Shown here piece after piece: positions 37,573-45,444 of a DNA stretch of 64,000 bases. The DNA comes from Flavobacteriales bacterium (GTDB taxonomy: Bacteria; Bacteroidota; Bacteroidia; Flavobacteriales_F; PHOS-HE28). The notes beneath the pieces were generated by a model. The model saw nothing but the letters and a program-made list of their open reading frames with translations, was not told the origin of the DNA and ran no database searches. The first letter of the stretch is position 1. Every line of letters begins with the position of its first letter. The stretch lies in NCBI GenBank assembly GCA_016699575.1, contig CP064979.1, positions 400,824 to 464,823 of the forward strand, in the 5' to 3' direction. The translations under genes were made by a program, and so were the position numbers.

Positions 37573-37584
37573 TATGCATGCATA
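37573..37584. promoter_or_regulatory. palindromic operator candidate TATGCATGCATA upstream of the MarR gene
   Basis: Perfect 12 bp palindrome 46 bp upstream of the MarR start codon. A near-identical TTATGCGTGCATAA lies upstream of the acyl-CoA dehydrogenase gene at 53373. Confidence 0.5.
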
Positions 37585-37618
37585 ACAAATGCGGATACCT
37601 TGGGGGCCAAGTCAACCG

Positions 37619-38053
37619 GGGATGAAGCCTGAAGAGACGATCGACTTTCCGATCCGCCGTGTGTGGAGCCGGATTTCACGCATCTACAACACCGAGGCGG
37701 CCAAGTACGGTGGCAGCATGGCCGTGGGCCAGATCCTGCTGAACATCGAGCCGGAGGGCACGCCCAGCACCAAGCTTGGTCCCAAGATGGGCATGGAGGC
37801 ACGCAGCCTTGTGCGCACGTTGCAGGCCATGGAGGACGAAGGATTGATCAAGCGCATCGCCGACAAGAGCGACAAGCGCGTGGTGCGCATCCACCTCACT
37901 GCGAAGGGCAAGCAGATGCGCGACGTGAGCCGCAACACCGTGATCAGATTCAACGAGGCGGTGCAGAGCCGTTTCACGACGGCGCAACTGAACAACTTCC
38001 GGCAGGTGATGTCGGAACTGGACCATATTCTCGAACACGAACAACTTTTCTGA
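37619..38053 (+). CDS. MarR family transcriptional regulator
   Basis: Winged-HTH pattern typical of MarR (...MAVGQILLNIEP...LVRTLQAMEDEGLIKRIADKSDKRVVRIHLTAKGK). Confidence 0.8.
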   Translation, partial: GMKPEETIDFPIRRVWSRISRIYNTEAAKYGGSMAVGQILLNIEPEGTPSTKLGPKMGMEARSLVRTLQAMEDEGLIKRIADKSDKRVVRIHLTAKGKQMRDVSRNTVIRFNEAVQSRFTTAQLNNFRQVMSELDHILEHEQLF

Positions 38054-38056
38054 TAC

Positions 38057-38150
38057 TCACCACAGAGGCACAGAGGACACCGAGAAGAACAAGATGAACA
38101 CCGTTGCTCATCAATCGCATTCCTCCGTGCCCTCTGTGCCTCTGTGGTGA
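38057..38150 (+). promoter_or_regulatory. 20 bp perfect inverted repeat (long hairpin) in the fadB leader, enclosing an 18-codon ORF
   Basis: TCACCACAGAGGCACAGAGG ... CCTCTGTGCCTCTGTGGTGA are exact reverse complements with a 54 nt loop. The loop holds ATG...TGA encoding MNTVAHQSHSSVPSVPLW. Confidence 0.6.
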
Positions 38151-38165
38151 AGCATTCACACACAC

Positions 38166-40544
38166 ATGAGCAAACGAAACATCCGCAAAGTCGCCGTGCT
38201 CGGCAGCGGCGTCATGGGCAGCCGCATTGCCTGCCACTTCGCGAACACCGGCACCGAAGTGCTGCTGCTCGACATTCCAGCCAAGGAAGGTCCGCGCAAC
38301 AAGATCGTGGACGACGCACTCGCCGCCGCGATCAAGAGCAGTCCGGCGCCCCTGTACGATGCACGCTTCGCCAAGCGCATCAGCACCGGCAACTTCGACG
38401 ACGACCTGCCCAAGATCAAGGACTGCGACTGGATCATCGAGGTCGTGATCGAGCGGCTCGACATCAAGCAGCAACTGCTGGAGAAGGTGGAGAAGCACCG
38501 TACACCGGGCACGCTCATCACCACCAACACCAGCGGCATCCCGATCCACGCCATCAGCGCGGGCCGAAGCGACGACTTCCGCAGGCACTTCTGCGGCACG
38601 CACTTCTTCAACCCGCCGCGCTACCTGCCGCTGCTGGAGCTGATCCCCGGTCCGGACACCGACCCCGCGGTGCTCGCCTTCCTGGAGGACTACGGCCAGC
38701 GCATCCTTGGCAAGGTCACGGTGATGGCCAAGGACACGCCCGCCTTCGTGGCCAACCGCATCGGCGTGTTCGGCATCATGGACGTGTTCCACCTCGTCAC
38801 CGACATGGGCCTTACGGTGGAGGAAGTGGACCGCCTCACCGGCCCCGTGATCGGCCACCCGAAGAGCGCCACCTTCCGCACCGCCGACGTGGTGGGCCTC
38901 GACACGCTGGTGAAAGTCGCGCAGGGCGTGAAGGACAACTGCCCGCACGACGAGCGCAACAGCCTCTTCAGCATTCCGGAGTACCTGCAGCAGATGGTGG
39001 AGAAGAACATGCTCGGCAGCAAGACCGGCAAGGGCTTCTTCTTCAAGGACCGCAACTCACCCAAGGGCGAGATCCTCTCCCTCGACCTGAAGACGCTGGA
39101 GTACAAGCCACAGGTGAAGCCCAAGTTCGCCACGCTGGACGCGGCGAAAAAGGTGGATGACCTGCGCGAGCGCCTCAAACTGGTGTACAACGGCACCGAC
39201 AAGGCCGGCGAATTCTACCGCCGTTCGTTCCAGGCGATGTTCGCATACGTGAGCCACCGCATCCCCGAGATCAGCGACGAGCTGTACAAGATCGACGACG
39301 GCATGCGCGCCGGCTTCGGCTGGGAGGCGGGTCCGTTCGAGACCTGGGACGCCATCGGAGTGCAACAAGTGAAAGATGAAATAGGAAAGCTGAAAGCTGA
39401 AAGTGGAAATGCGCTGACCATCGCGCCATGGGTGGATGAGATGCTTGCGGCTGGTCATACTTCGTTCTACAAAGTGGAGCAGGGCCAACGCCTTTACTAC
39501 GATGTCGCGAGCAAGAGCTACAAGCCGGTGCCACGCGCGGAAGGCTTGATCGTTCTCAACGAATTGCCAGAAAGCAGCATCGTGTGGAAGAACAGCGCCG
39601 CCACCGTGCGTCACCTCAGCGATGGCATCCTGAGCGTGAGCTGGACGAGCAAGATGAACACCATCGGCGCGGAGGTGATCCAGGGCCTCAACAAAGCCAT
39701 CGACCTCGCCGAGCAGGGCTACAAAGGCCTGGTGGTCTACAACGACGGCGCCAACTTCAGCGCGGGCGCCAACGTGGGCATGATCTTCATGATGGCCGTG
39801 GAGCAGGAGTACGACGACCTGGAGATGGCCGTGCGCACCTTCCAGAACACCATGATGCGCATGCGCTACAGCAGCATCCCCGTGGTGGCGGCCCCGCACC
39901 AACTGTGCCTGGGCGGCGGCACCGAGCTCTGCCTGCACGCGGACAAGGTGGTGGCGCACGCCGAGACCTACATGGGCCTGGTGGAATTCGGCGTGGGCGT
40001 GATCCCCGGCGGCGGCGGCACCAAGGAATTCGCCCTGCGCCTCGCCGACGAGCTGAAGGAGGGCGACATCCGCATCAACGCCATGCGCGAGCGCTTCCTC
40101 ACCATCGGCCAGGCCAAGGTGGCCACCAGCGGGCACGAGGCTTTCACGTTAGGCTACTTGCGTCGCGGCCAGGACGAGGTCATTGTCAGCCGCGCCCACC
40201 AGCTGGCCTACGCCAAGGCCTGCGCGCTGGAGCTGTGGAACAAGGGCTACACCAAGCCCGCACCGCGTAAGGACATCAAGGTGCTCGGCCAGGAAGGCCT
40301 CGGCATCGTGTACGTGGGCGCCAACAGCATGCTCAGCGGCAACTACATCAGCCAGCACGATGCGCTGATCAGCGAGAAGCTGGGCTATGTGCTATGCGGG
40401 GGTGACCTGAGCGAGGCTACGGAGGTCTCCGAGCAATACCTGCTGGACCTGGAGCGGAAAGCCTTCGTGGAGCTGTGTATGCAGCGGAAGACGCTCGAGA
40501 GACTTCAGTCGATCATTACTACGGGGAAAGTGTTGCGGAATTGA
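38166..40544 (+). CDS. fadB: bifunctional 3-hydroxyacyl-CoA dehydrogenase / enoyl-CoA hydratase (HCDH N-terminal, ECH C-terminal)
   Basis: N-terminal KVAVLGSGVMGSRIA Rossmann motif and HFFNPP. C-terminal crotonase fold VAAPHQLCLGGGTELCLHAD. About 792 aa. Confidence 0.9.
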   Translation: MSKRNIRKVAVLGSGVMGSRIACHFANTGTEVLLLDIPAKEGPRNKIVDDALAAAIKSSPAPLYDARFAKRISTGNFDDDLPKIKDCDWIIEVVIERLDIKQQLLEKVEKHRTPGTLITTNTSGIPIHAISAGRSDDFRRHFCGTHFFNPPRYLPLLELIPGPDTDPAVLAFLEDYGQRILGKVTVMAKDTPAFVANRIGVFGIMDVFHLVTDMGLTVEEVDRLTGPVIGHPKSATFRTADVVGLDTLVKVAQGVKDNCPHDERNSLFSIPEYLQQMVEKNMLGSKTGKGFFFKDRNSPKGEILSLDLKTLEYKPQVKPKFATLDAAKKVDDLRERLKLVYNGTDKAGEFYRRSFQAMFAYVSHRIPEISDELYKIDDGMRAGFGWEAGPFETWDAIGVQQVKDEIGKLKAESGNALTIAPWVDEMLAAGHTSFYKVEQGQRLYYDVASKSYKPVPRAEGLIVLNELPESSIVWKNSAATVRHLSDGILSVSWTSKMNTIGAEVIQGLNKAIDLAEQGYKGLVVYNDGANFSAGANVGMIFMMAVEQEYDDLEMAVRTFQNTMMRMRYSSIPVVAAPHQLCLGGGTELCLHADKVVAHAETYMGLVEFGVGVIPGGGGTKEFALRLADELKEGDIRINAMRERFLTIGQAKVATSGHEAFTLGYLRRGQDEVIVSRAHQLAYAKACALELWNKGYTKPAPRKDIKVLGQEGLGIVYVGANSMLSGNYISQHDALISEKLGYVLCGGDLSEATEVSEQYLLDLERKAFVELCMQRKTLERLQSIITTGKVLRN

Positions 40545-40600
40545 ACCGACAAAACGACGATCCCGTGTCACACGCGTTCAGCTATAAGCTCGCCAAGATG

Positions 40601-41059
40601 AAAGGTGGTCTTGGTCACTATGGTGAGATCACAGTGGTGGTTGAAGCTAGACTTGCGGATGAGCCGACTATTGTAGAGGCATACAGCGGAACAGGATGGG
40701 AAAGGCAAGGATATGCGCACACTATACCGGACAAGGGTTTCGATGATTGGAAATCGGCGATCCGAATGGGCATCGAATATGCTCTTCGTCGCTTGGAGGA
40801 ACAGAGCATCCGCGTTACAGTGAAAGAAGCCACTGGCTTGATCACTGACACGAACGCGACAATACTTGCCTATGCAGCGTCAAGAGCCCTCTTGGAGAAT
40901 CTTCCCAACCTGGAATCTCAGACGGAAAAGGACCGATTCGAGCAGCTTGTTTTCAGCAGTTTCAACTATGAAGACAGCGCCCAATTGGACCTGGAGCAGT
41001 TCCAGTTAATAGGCCAACTCAGGCCGAAGTCACCATATAGGGTTCAGGCAAATGGCTAA
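40601..41059 (+). CDS. hypothetical protein (island gene A)
   Basis: 152 aa from the MKGGLGHYGE Met. Local GC is about 50% against a host figure above 60%. No motif recognised. An alternative start at 40475 would overlap fadB. Confidence 0.4.
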   Translation, partial: KGGLGHYGEITVVVEARLADEPTIVEAYSGTGWERQGYAHTIPDKGFDDWKSAIRMGIEYALRRLEEQSIRVTVKEATGLITDTNATILAYAASRALLENLPNLESQTEKDRFEQLVFSSFNYEDSAQLDLEQFQLIGQLRPKSPYRVQANG

Positions 41060-41086
41060 GCATAGCCAGCAATATCATCTCATCGG

Positions 41087-41235
41087 TTGGGGCGTGCCGG
41101 CTCGCCCTTCGGCTCCGCAGAGCCGCGCTCAGGGTCTCGCCGTCGCGCTTGGAGTTCAGCCCGGGCTCGGACCCGGGCCTACAAGTCCTCGCGCGGATTA
41201 CCGCGCTGTGGGCTTTCCGCTGCAATCGCTCACGC
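41087..41235. repeat. intergenic repeat element, copy A (TTGGGGCGTGCC...hairpin...CGCGGATTACCGCG...GGCTTTCCGCTG)
   Basis: Shares a 12-mer and a roughly 60 nt 3' module with copy B at 46639-46740. The ATTA-loop hairpin shows compensatory changes between the two copies. Confidence 0.55.
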
Positions 41236-41239
41236 ATGA

Positions 41240-41488
41240 GTGCAAGCACGTGAACCTATGATTGACTTCGACCTAAATCGAACATGGGTCTCATTCACAT
41301 GTCCATCGTGTGCCTATATGGATGAAGTTCAGGTCGTGGATGTACGCTCAGAGAAGACCATATTCTGCCACAACTGTAAGTCCTCGATCCGACTCGTCGA
41401 CGGTGATGCTTCCGTGCACACCGGAGTTCGCGACATCAACGACTCCATGACTGACCTATTGAATACGTTCAAAAAGCTCGGACGCTGA
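41240..41488 (+). CDS. small C4 zinc-ribbon protein (island gene B)
   Basis: CPSC...(21 aa)...CHNC. 82 aa. The stop overlaps the next start (ATGA). Confidence 0.45.
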   Translation: MQAREPMIDFDLNRTWVSFTCPSCAYMDEVQVVDVRSEKTIFCHNCKSSIRLVDGDASVHTGVRDINDSMTDLLNTFKKLGR

Positions 41489-42450
41489 TGTACTACAATC
41501 ACAATCTCAGAACCAACCTACAGGAGTGGAAGAATCGCGTTCAGCGCGCTTCAACAAGCAACTTCGGATACCAGATAGACCTGTTGCTGAAGCACATTCA
41601 AGAGGAGCCTGCACTCAATGCGCTCATGGTTGAAGCCGCTCAGCAATTCCCGCATGAGGACGAGCACTTGCAGGAACGAATAAATCTCTATGACTCCAGT
41701 CAGCACATTCCATTCTCTGGACAAGCGGATCGCGCAGCTTTTTCCCAAGCTCTCTTGCATTGGATCATTAGGGAACATGGTGTCGAGTCCGTACCGCATA
41801 TGACCTTATTCATAGGAAGAAAGGATGTCCTCGGAGGAATAGTAGAAGACTGCGTGTCTCCAATTCTGGACTACTTACATGACCGCTTAGACAAGTCTAG
41901 TTCCACGTTGTACCTGCTTGAGAAATACAAGCGTCGGACGGAGTGGTTCATGAAGGACTCTCTCAGAACACGATATCTGTTGGCTGAGAAAGAATACGAG
42001 AAAATCTTCGAGGATGACCTGCGACTATTCCTGTTTGACCAAGGAATCGACTATCCCTTCTCAACCCCTAGTAGTCCTTCTGGCAGAGCTGACGTTGTCG
42101 GCGCTATTGACACCTCGGATCCGCTTGTTGTCGAAATCAAGATTTTCGACCGAAGCAAGAGCTATGGGAAGGATCGTGTACGAAGTGGTCTTGCTCAGGT
42201 CATGAAGTACGTAAATGACTACAACAAGGACTTTGGCTACCTAGTCATCTTCAATGCCGACAACGCTGAATTGCACTTTCAACTCGAAGACATCAGCAAG
42301 GCCTTCCCACCGATGCTTGTCTATAACAACAAGCGATACTTCTTCATAGTGGTCAACATCGGTGAGCATGTTGCAGCTAGCAAAGTCGGCAAGCAAGAGG
42401 TGATTGAACTGTCAACAGATTTCCTGGTATCCAAAGCAGAACTCGCGTGA
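41488..42450 (+). CDS. hypothetical protein with a C-terminal PD-(D/E)xK nuclease-like motif (island gene C)
   Basis: GRADVVGAIDTSDPLVVEIKIFD...GLAQVMKY...GYLVIFN fits a D...(D/E)xK restriction-endonuclease-fold core. The N-terminal roughly 190 aa has no recognisable motif. Low GC. Confidence 0.45.
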   Translation: MYYNHNLRTNLQEWKNRVQRASTSNFGYQIDLLLKHIQEEPALNALMVEAAQQFPHEDEHLQERINLYDSSQHIPFSGQADRAAFSQALLHWIIREHGVESVPHMTLFIGRKDVLGGIVEDCVSPILDYLHDRLDKSSSTLYLLEKYKRRTEWFMKDSLRTRYLLAEKEYEKIFEDDLRLFLFDQGIDYPFSTPSSPSGRADVVGAIDTSDPLVVEIKIFDRSKSYGKDRVRSGLAQVMKYVNDYNKDFGYLVIFNADNAELHFQLEDISKAFPPMLVYNNKRYFFIVVNIGEHVAASKVGKQEVIELSTDFLVSKAELA

Positions 42451-42601
42451 GGGAGAGCAGCGGAAAGCTCGGAGGCCTGTCATCAGGCCGAGGACCTGCC
42501 TGTCCGGCAGGCAGGCTTGCAGCGGATAGCCCGACGGCGCTGCTCTTGTGCGCCGGCACGCCCAACACTTCGACAAGTTCGGTGTGACGACCACCAAGCC
42601 A

Positions 42602-43444
42602 ATGAAAAAGCGCGCGATCACCGTCAAAGGCATCCCCGTCACCGTTGTGGAGCGGAACGAGCAGGACTACATCTCGCTCACCGACATGGTGCAGGGCTTC
42701 GAGGGCGGCAGCGCGCTGATCGAGCAATGGTTGCGCAACAAGGACACGGTGCTCTTCCTGGGTGTGTGGGAGCAGCTGAACAACCCGGCGTTCAATTCCC
42801 TCGAATTCGAGGGAATTGGGAACGCGGCCGGCCGCAACAGTTTCTACCTGTCGGTGAAGAAGTGGATCGACGCCACCGGTGCGATCGGGCTGCACGCGCG
42901 CGCTGGCGGACATGGCGGCACGTATGCGCACAAGGACATCGCCTTCGAGTTCGGTTCGTGGTTGAGCCCAGAGTTCAAGCTGTACCTGATCAAGGAGTTC
43001 CAACGGCTGAAGGAAGCGGAGGCCAGCAACCAGTCGCTGGAATGGAACCTGCAGCGCACTCTGGCCAAGGTCAACTACCGGATCCACACGGATGCCATCA
43101 AGGAGCATTTGATCCCACCGGTGCTCAGCAAGGCGCGCATCAGCGGGGTGTACGCTACCGAAGCCGACCTGCTGAACGTAGCCCTGTTCGGCCTCACCGC
43201 TTCCGAGTGGAAACGGGCCAACCCATCACTTGCCGGCAACATGCGCGACCGCGCCACACTGGAACAACTGGTCGTGCTTTCCAACCTGGAGAGCATCAAC
43301 GCCGTGATGATCCAGCAGGGCCTCGGATCAGCGGAGCGCCTGCAACAACTGAACACGACCGCCATCGGACAGATGAGATCGCTCACCGCAGGTCGCGCAG
43401 CGGACAAGCTGCTGGCGGCCGGCAAGAAGAAACCAAAGAACTAA
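42602..43444 (+). CDS. KilA-N domain protein
   Basis: KRAITVKGIPVTVVERNEQDYISLTDMVQG is a typical KilA-N N-terminal DNA-binding domain. The C-terminal half is of unknown function. Confidence 0.65.
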   Translation: MKKRAITVKGIPVTVVERNEQDYISLTDMVQGFEGGSALIEQWLRNKDTVLFLGVWEQLNNPAFNSLEFEGIGNAAGRNSFYLSVKKWIDATGAIGLHARAGGHGGTYAHKDIAFEFGSWLSPEFKLYLIKEFQRLKEAEASNQSLEWNLQRTLAKVNYRIHTDAIKEHLIPPVLSKARISGVYATEADLLNVALFGLTASEWKRANPSLAGNMRDRATLEQLVVLSNLESINAVMIQQGLGSAERLQQLNTTAIGQMRSLTAGRAADKLLAAGKKKPKN

Positions 43445-43450
43445 GACCCC

Positions 43451-43618
43451 ATGAACGCATACATCATCGCCGGTTTCCGCAGCGCAGTGGGCAAAGCGCC
43501 CTGCCATCGGCAGGCAGGCGCACGCAAATTCCGTTTCACGCGTCCGGATGACCTGGCCGCGCACGTGGTGAACCACCTGGTGGGTTCGGCGCCCCATAAA
43601 CCACACCCAACCACCTGA
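43451..43618 (+). pseudogene. truncated duplicate of the thiolase 5' end (first roughly 45 codons, then a frameshifted tail)
   Basis: ATGAACGCATACAT...GTGGTGAACCACCTGGTGGG is about 90% identical to 45441-45565. It contains a 22 bp insertion and terminates after 55 codons. Confidence 0.7.
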
Positions 43619-43637
43619 CTTTCAGCACGAAACTACA

Positions 43638-43672
43638 TTTGTAACACTTTCGTATACATTTGTGTTACAAAA
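43638..43672. promoter_or_regulatory. AT-rich inverted repeat TTTGTAACAC-N15-GTGTTACAAA upstream of AbiEi (candidate autoregulatory operator)
   Basis: 10 bp perfect inverted repeat seen in the sequence about 70 bp upstream of the antitoxin start. AbiEi antitoxins are known to bind inverted repeats in their own promoters. Confidence 0.45.
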
Positions 43673-43741
43673 CAGGCCCCGATACGCCTTCGCGCTGCCC
43701 TCGCACAGCAACCCACCTAAACACACGCTTCGGCGCACAAC

Positions 43742-44374
43742 GTGAAACGCCCCTCGGTAGAAAAGCTGGTACTGGCGCGCATGGAAGAGCGTGGCCGTGG
43801 CAGCGTGCTCACCCCCAAGGATTTCTGCGACCTGGGTGGGCGCAGCGCGGTGGCCGTGGCCTTGCACCGGCTGGTGAAGAAGGAGGTGGTGCGCAACATC
43901 GGCAACGGCTTGTACTTCTTCCCGGAGCTGGGCGGGATGTTCGGGGAGTCGATAGCGGGTACCTACGAGATCGTCGCCGCCATTGCCAAGCGCGATGGGA
44001 TCACGATACGCGAGACACATGCTTACGCGTCCAACATCACGGGCATAAGCACCCAGGTGCCTACGCGTGTTGCCTTTCAAACCGATGGTCGTTCCCGAAA
44101 GATCCGTTTGAAGCCCATGATACCGGGCGGACGTGCGAATGAGATCATTCTCCGACGCACCAGTTCGCGCTACATGCGGGCGCGCACCGAGGTGGGCTAC
44201 TTGGTGATCCAGGGCCTGCGTGACTACGGTCGAAAGAACATCGGTAAGGAGGAATATGCCGAGCTGCTCAGACGGCTGCCCCCTCACGGAAAAGAGGATC
44301 TGAAAAAGGACCTGGACATCGCCCCGGTCTGGATCGCGGACATCATGCGTCGATTGATCGCTGAAGCACCATGA
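43742..44374 (+). CDS. abiEi: AbiEi-family antitoxin / transcriptional regulator (type IV toxin-antitoxin)
   Basis: N-terminal wHTH-like region, about 200 aa, 4 bp overlap with the downstream nucleotidyltransferase gene. GTG start (alternative ATG at 43781). Confidence 0.65.
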   Translation: MKRPSVEKLVLARMEERGRGSVLTPKDFCDLGGRSAVAVALHRLVKKEVVRNIGNGLYFFPELGGMFGESIAGTYEIVAAIAKRDGITIRETHAYASNITGISTQVPTRVAFQTDGRSRKIRLKPMIPGGRANEIILRRTSSRYMRARTEVGYLVIQGLRDYGRKNIGKEEYAELLRRLPPHGKEDLKKDLDIAPVWIADIMRRLIAEAP

Positions 44375-45444
44375 GCGCGCATCCATTCCTCCATTTACCG
44401 GAAGCACGGCAACGTTCATTGCTTATTCGTGCCAACAATCTACTCCCCCTCGCGATATCCAGTATCGAGAAGGATGTCTACGTCTGCCTCTTTCTGGAGA
44501 AAGTGATGGCACTTCCTGGCATCGGCGAGCATCTCACGTTCAAAGGCGGCACGTCACTCTCCAAGGCGCACAAGATCACGGACCGTTTCTCCGAGGATGT
44601 GGATCTGGTAGTTGATCGCCATGTGCTTGGTCTCGCGGAAGATGGCATCCCCGGCGGACATCATTCTCCGAGGCAACAGAAGGAGCGCGCAAAGAAGATC
44701 GCGAAAGCCTGTCGAACATGGGCTGCAAATACACTCATTCCCGCCTTACGCACTTCCCTCGCAACTGAACTGCGCAATGGCTCATGGAGCCTCGACCTGA
44801 ACGCCGACAGCGATAACCATGAGACAGTGCTCTCATTCGGCTATCCCAAGCTTTTCGTACCGGACGGCGAGTACATCCTGGACCATGTGAAGGTGGACCT
44901 CGTGGCGAAGGCCGATGCTTGGCCAAGCACAACGATACCTGTGTGCGCTTACGTACATGAGCTCTTCACGGAAGAGTTCGGCGATGGTTCATTCCCAGTC
45001 CGCACACTGGAAGCTGAACGCACGTTGATCGAAAAAGCACTGTTGCTTCACGAAGTTCTGGTCCAGCGTCCGGATGGTCCACGTCGTCGATTGGCGCGGC
45101 ACTACTTCGACCTGTACTTCCTCCATCGCGCCGGTGCAACAACAAAAGCCATCGCCCGAGCTGACCTGTATCCTGCTGTCGTTCAACAGCGCAGCATCTA
45201 CTACCGCTATCCCGGAGTGGACTACGATGCGCTATTGACAGAAGGCTTCAGCATCATTCCGCAAGGCGCGGCACGTGCTGCTTGGCATAGCGACTACGAC
45301 GGCATGCAGAGCGATATGTTCTATGGAAACGTGCCAGCCTTCGACGACATCATGACCGCCATGGAACAGTTCCAAGCAACGTTCCGCGAGCATCTTCAAC
45401 AAACGACATCAGCGCCGAGCAGTCGGCAACACGAACACCCATGA
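44371..45444 (+). CDS. abiEii: AbiEii/AbiGii-family nucleotidyltransferase toxin (DUF1814)
   Basis: KGGTSLSKAHKITDRFSEDVDLVV matches the GGT(A/S)L...R.SED(I/V)D pol-beta-like nucleotidyltransferase core of AbiEii. Confidence 0.75.
   Translation: MSAHPFLHLPEARQRSLLIRANNLLPLAISSIEKDVYVCLFLEKVMALPGIGEHLTFKGGTSLSKAHKITDRFSEDVDLVVDRHVLGLAEDGIPGGHHSPRQQKERAKKIAKACRTWAANTLIPALRTSLATELRNGSWSLDLNADSDNHETVLSFGYPKLFVPDGEYILDHVKVDLVAKADAWPSTTIPVCAYVHELFTEEFGDGSFPVRTLEAERTLIEKALLLHEVLVQRPDGPRRRLARHYFDLYFLHRAGATTKAIARADLYPAVVQQRSIYYRYPGVDYDALLTEGFSIIPQGAARAAWHSDYDGMQSDMFYGNVPAFDDIMTAMEQFQATFREHLQQTTSAPSSRQHEHP

Noticed and set aside
39385-39415. GAAAGCTGAAAG(T)GGAAA motif inside the fadB coding region, resembling the hairpin arm in the lpd terminator (12862-12930)
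   Set aside because: Only about 18 nt are shared and inside fadB they are in-frame coding sequence (EIGKLKAESGN) in a linker region. It is most likely chance similarity among Lys/Glu codons.
40475-40600. Longer start for island gene A overlapping the last 70 bp of fadB
   Set aside because: The fadB C-terminus (...TGKVLRN) is intact and typical of the family. I consider the internal Met at 40601 the more likely start, without certainty.
43660-44142. ORFs overlapping abiEi in other frames (43660-44142, 43622-44419-)
   Set aside because: They have no motif and overlap a gene with clear AbiEi/AbiEii pairing. They are frame noise.
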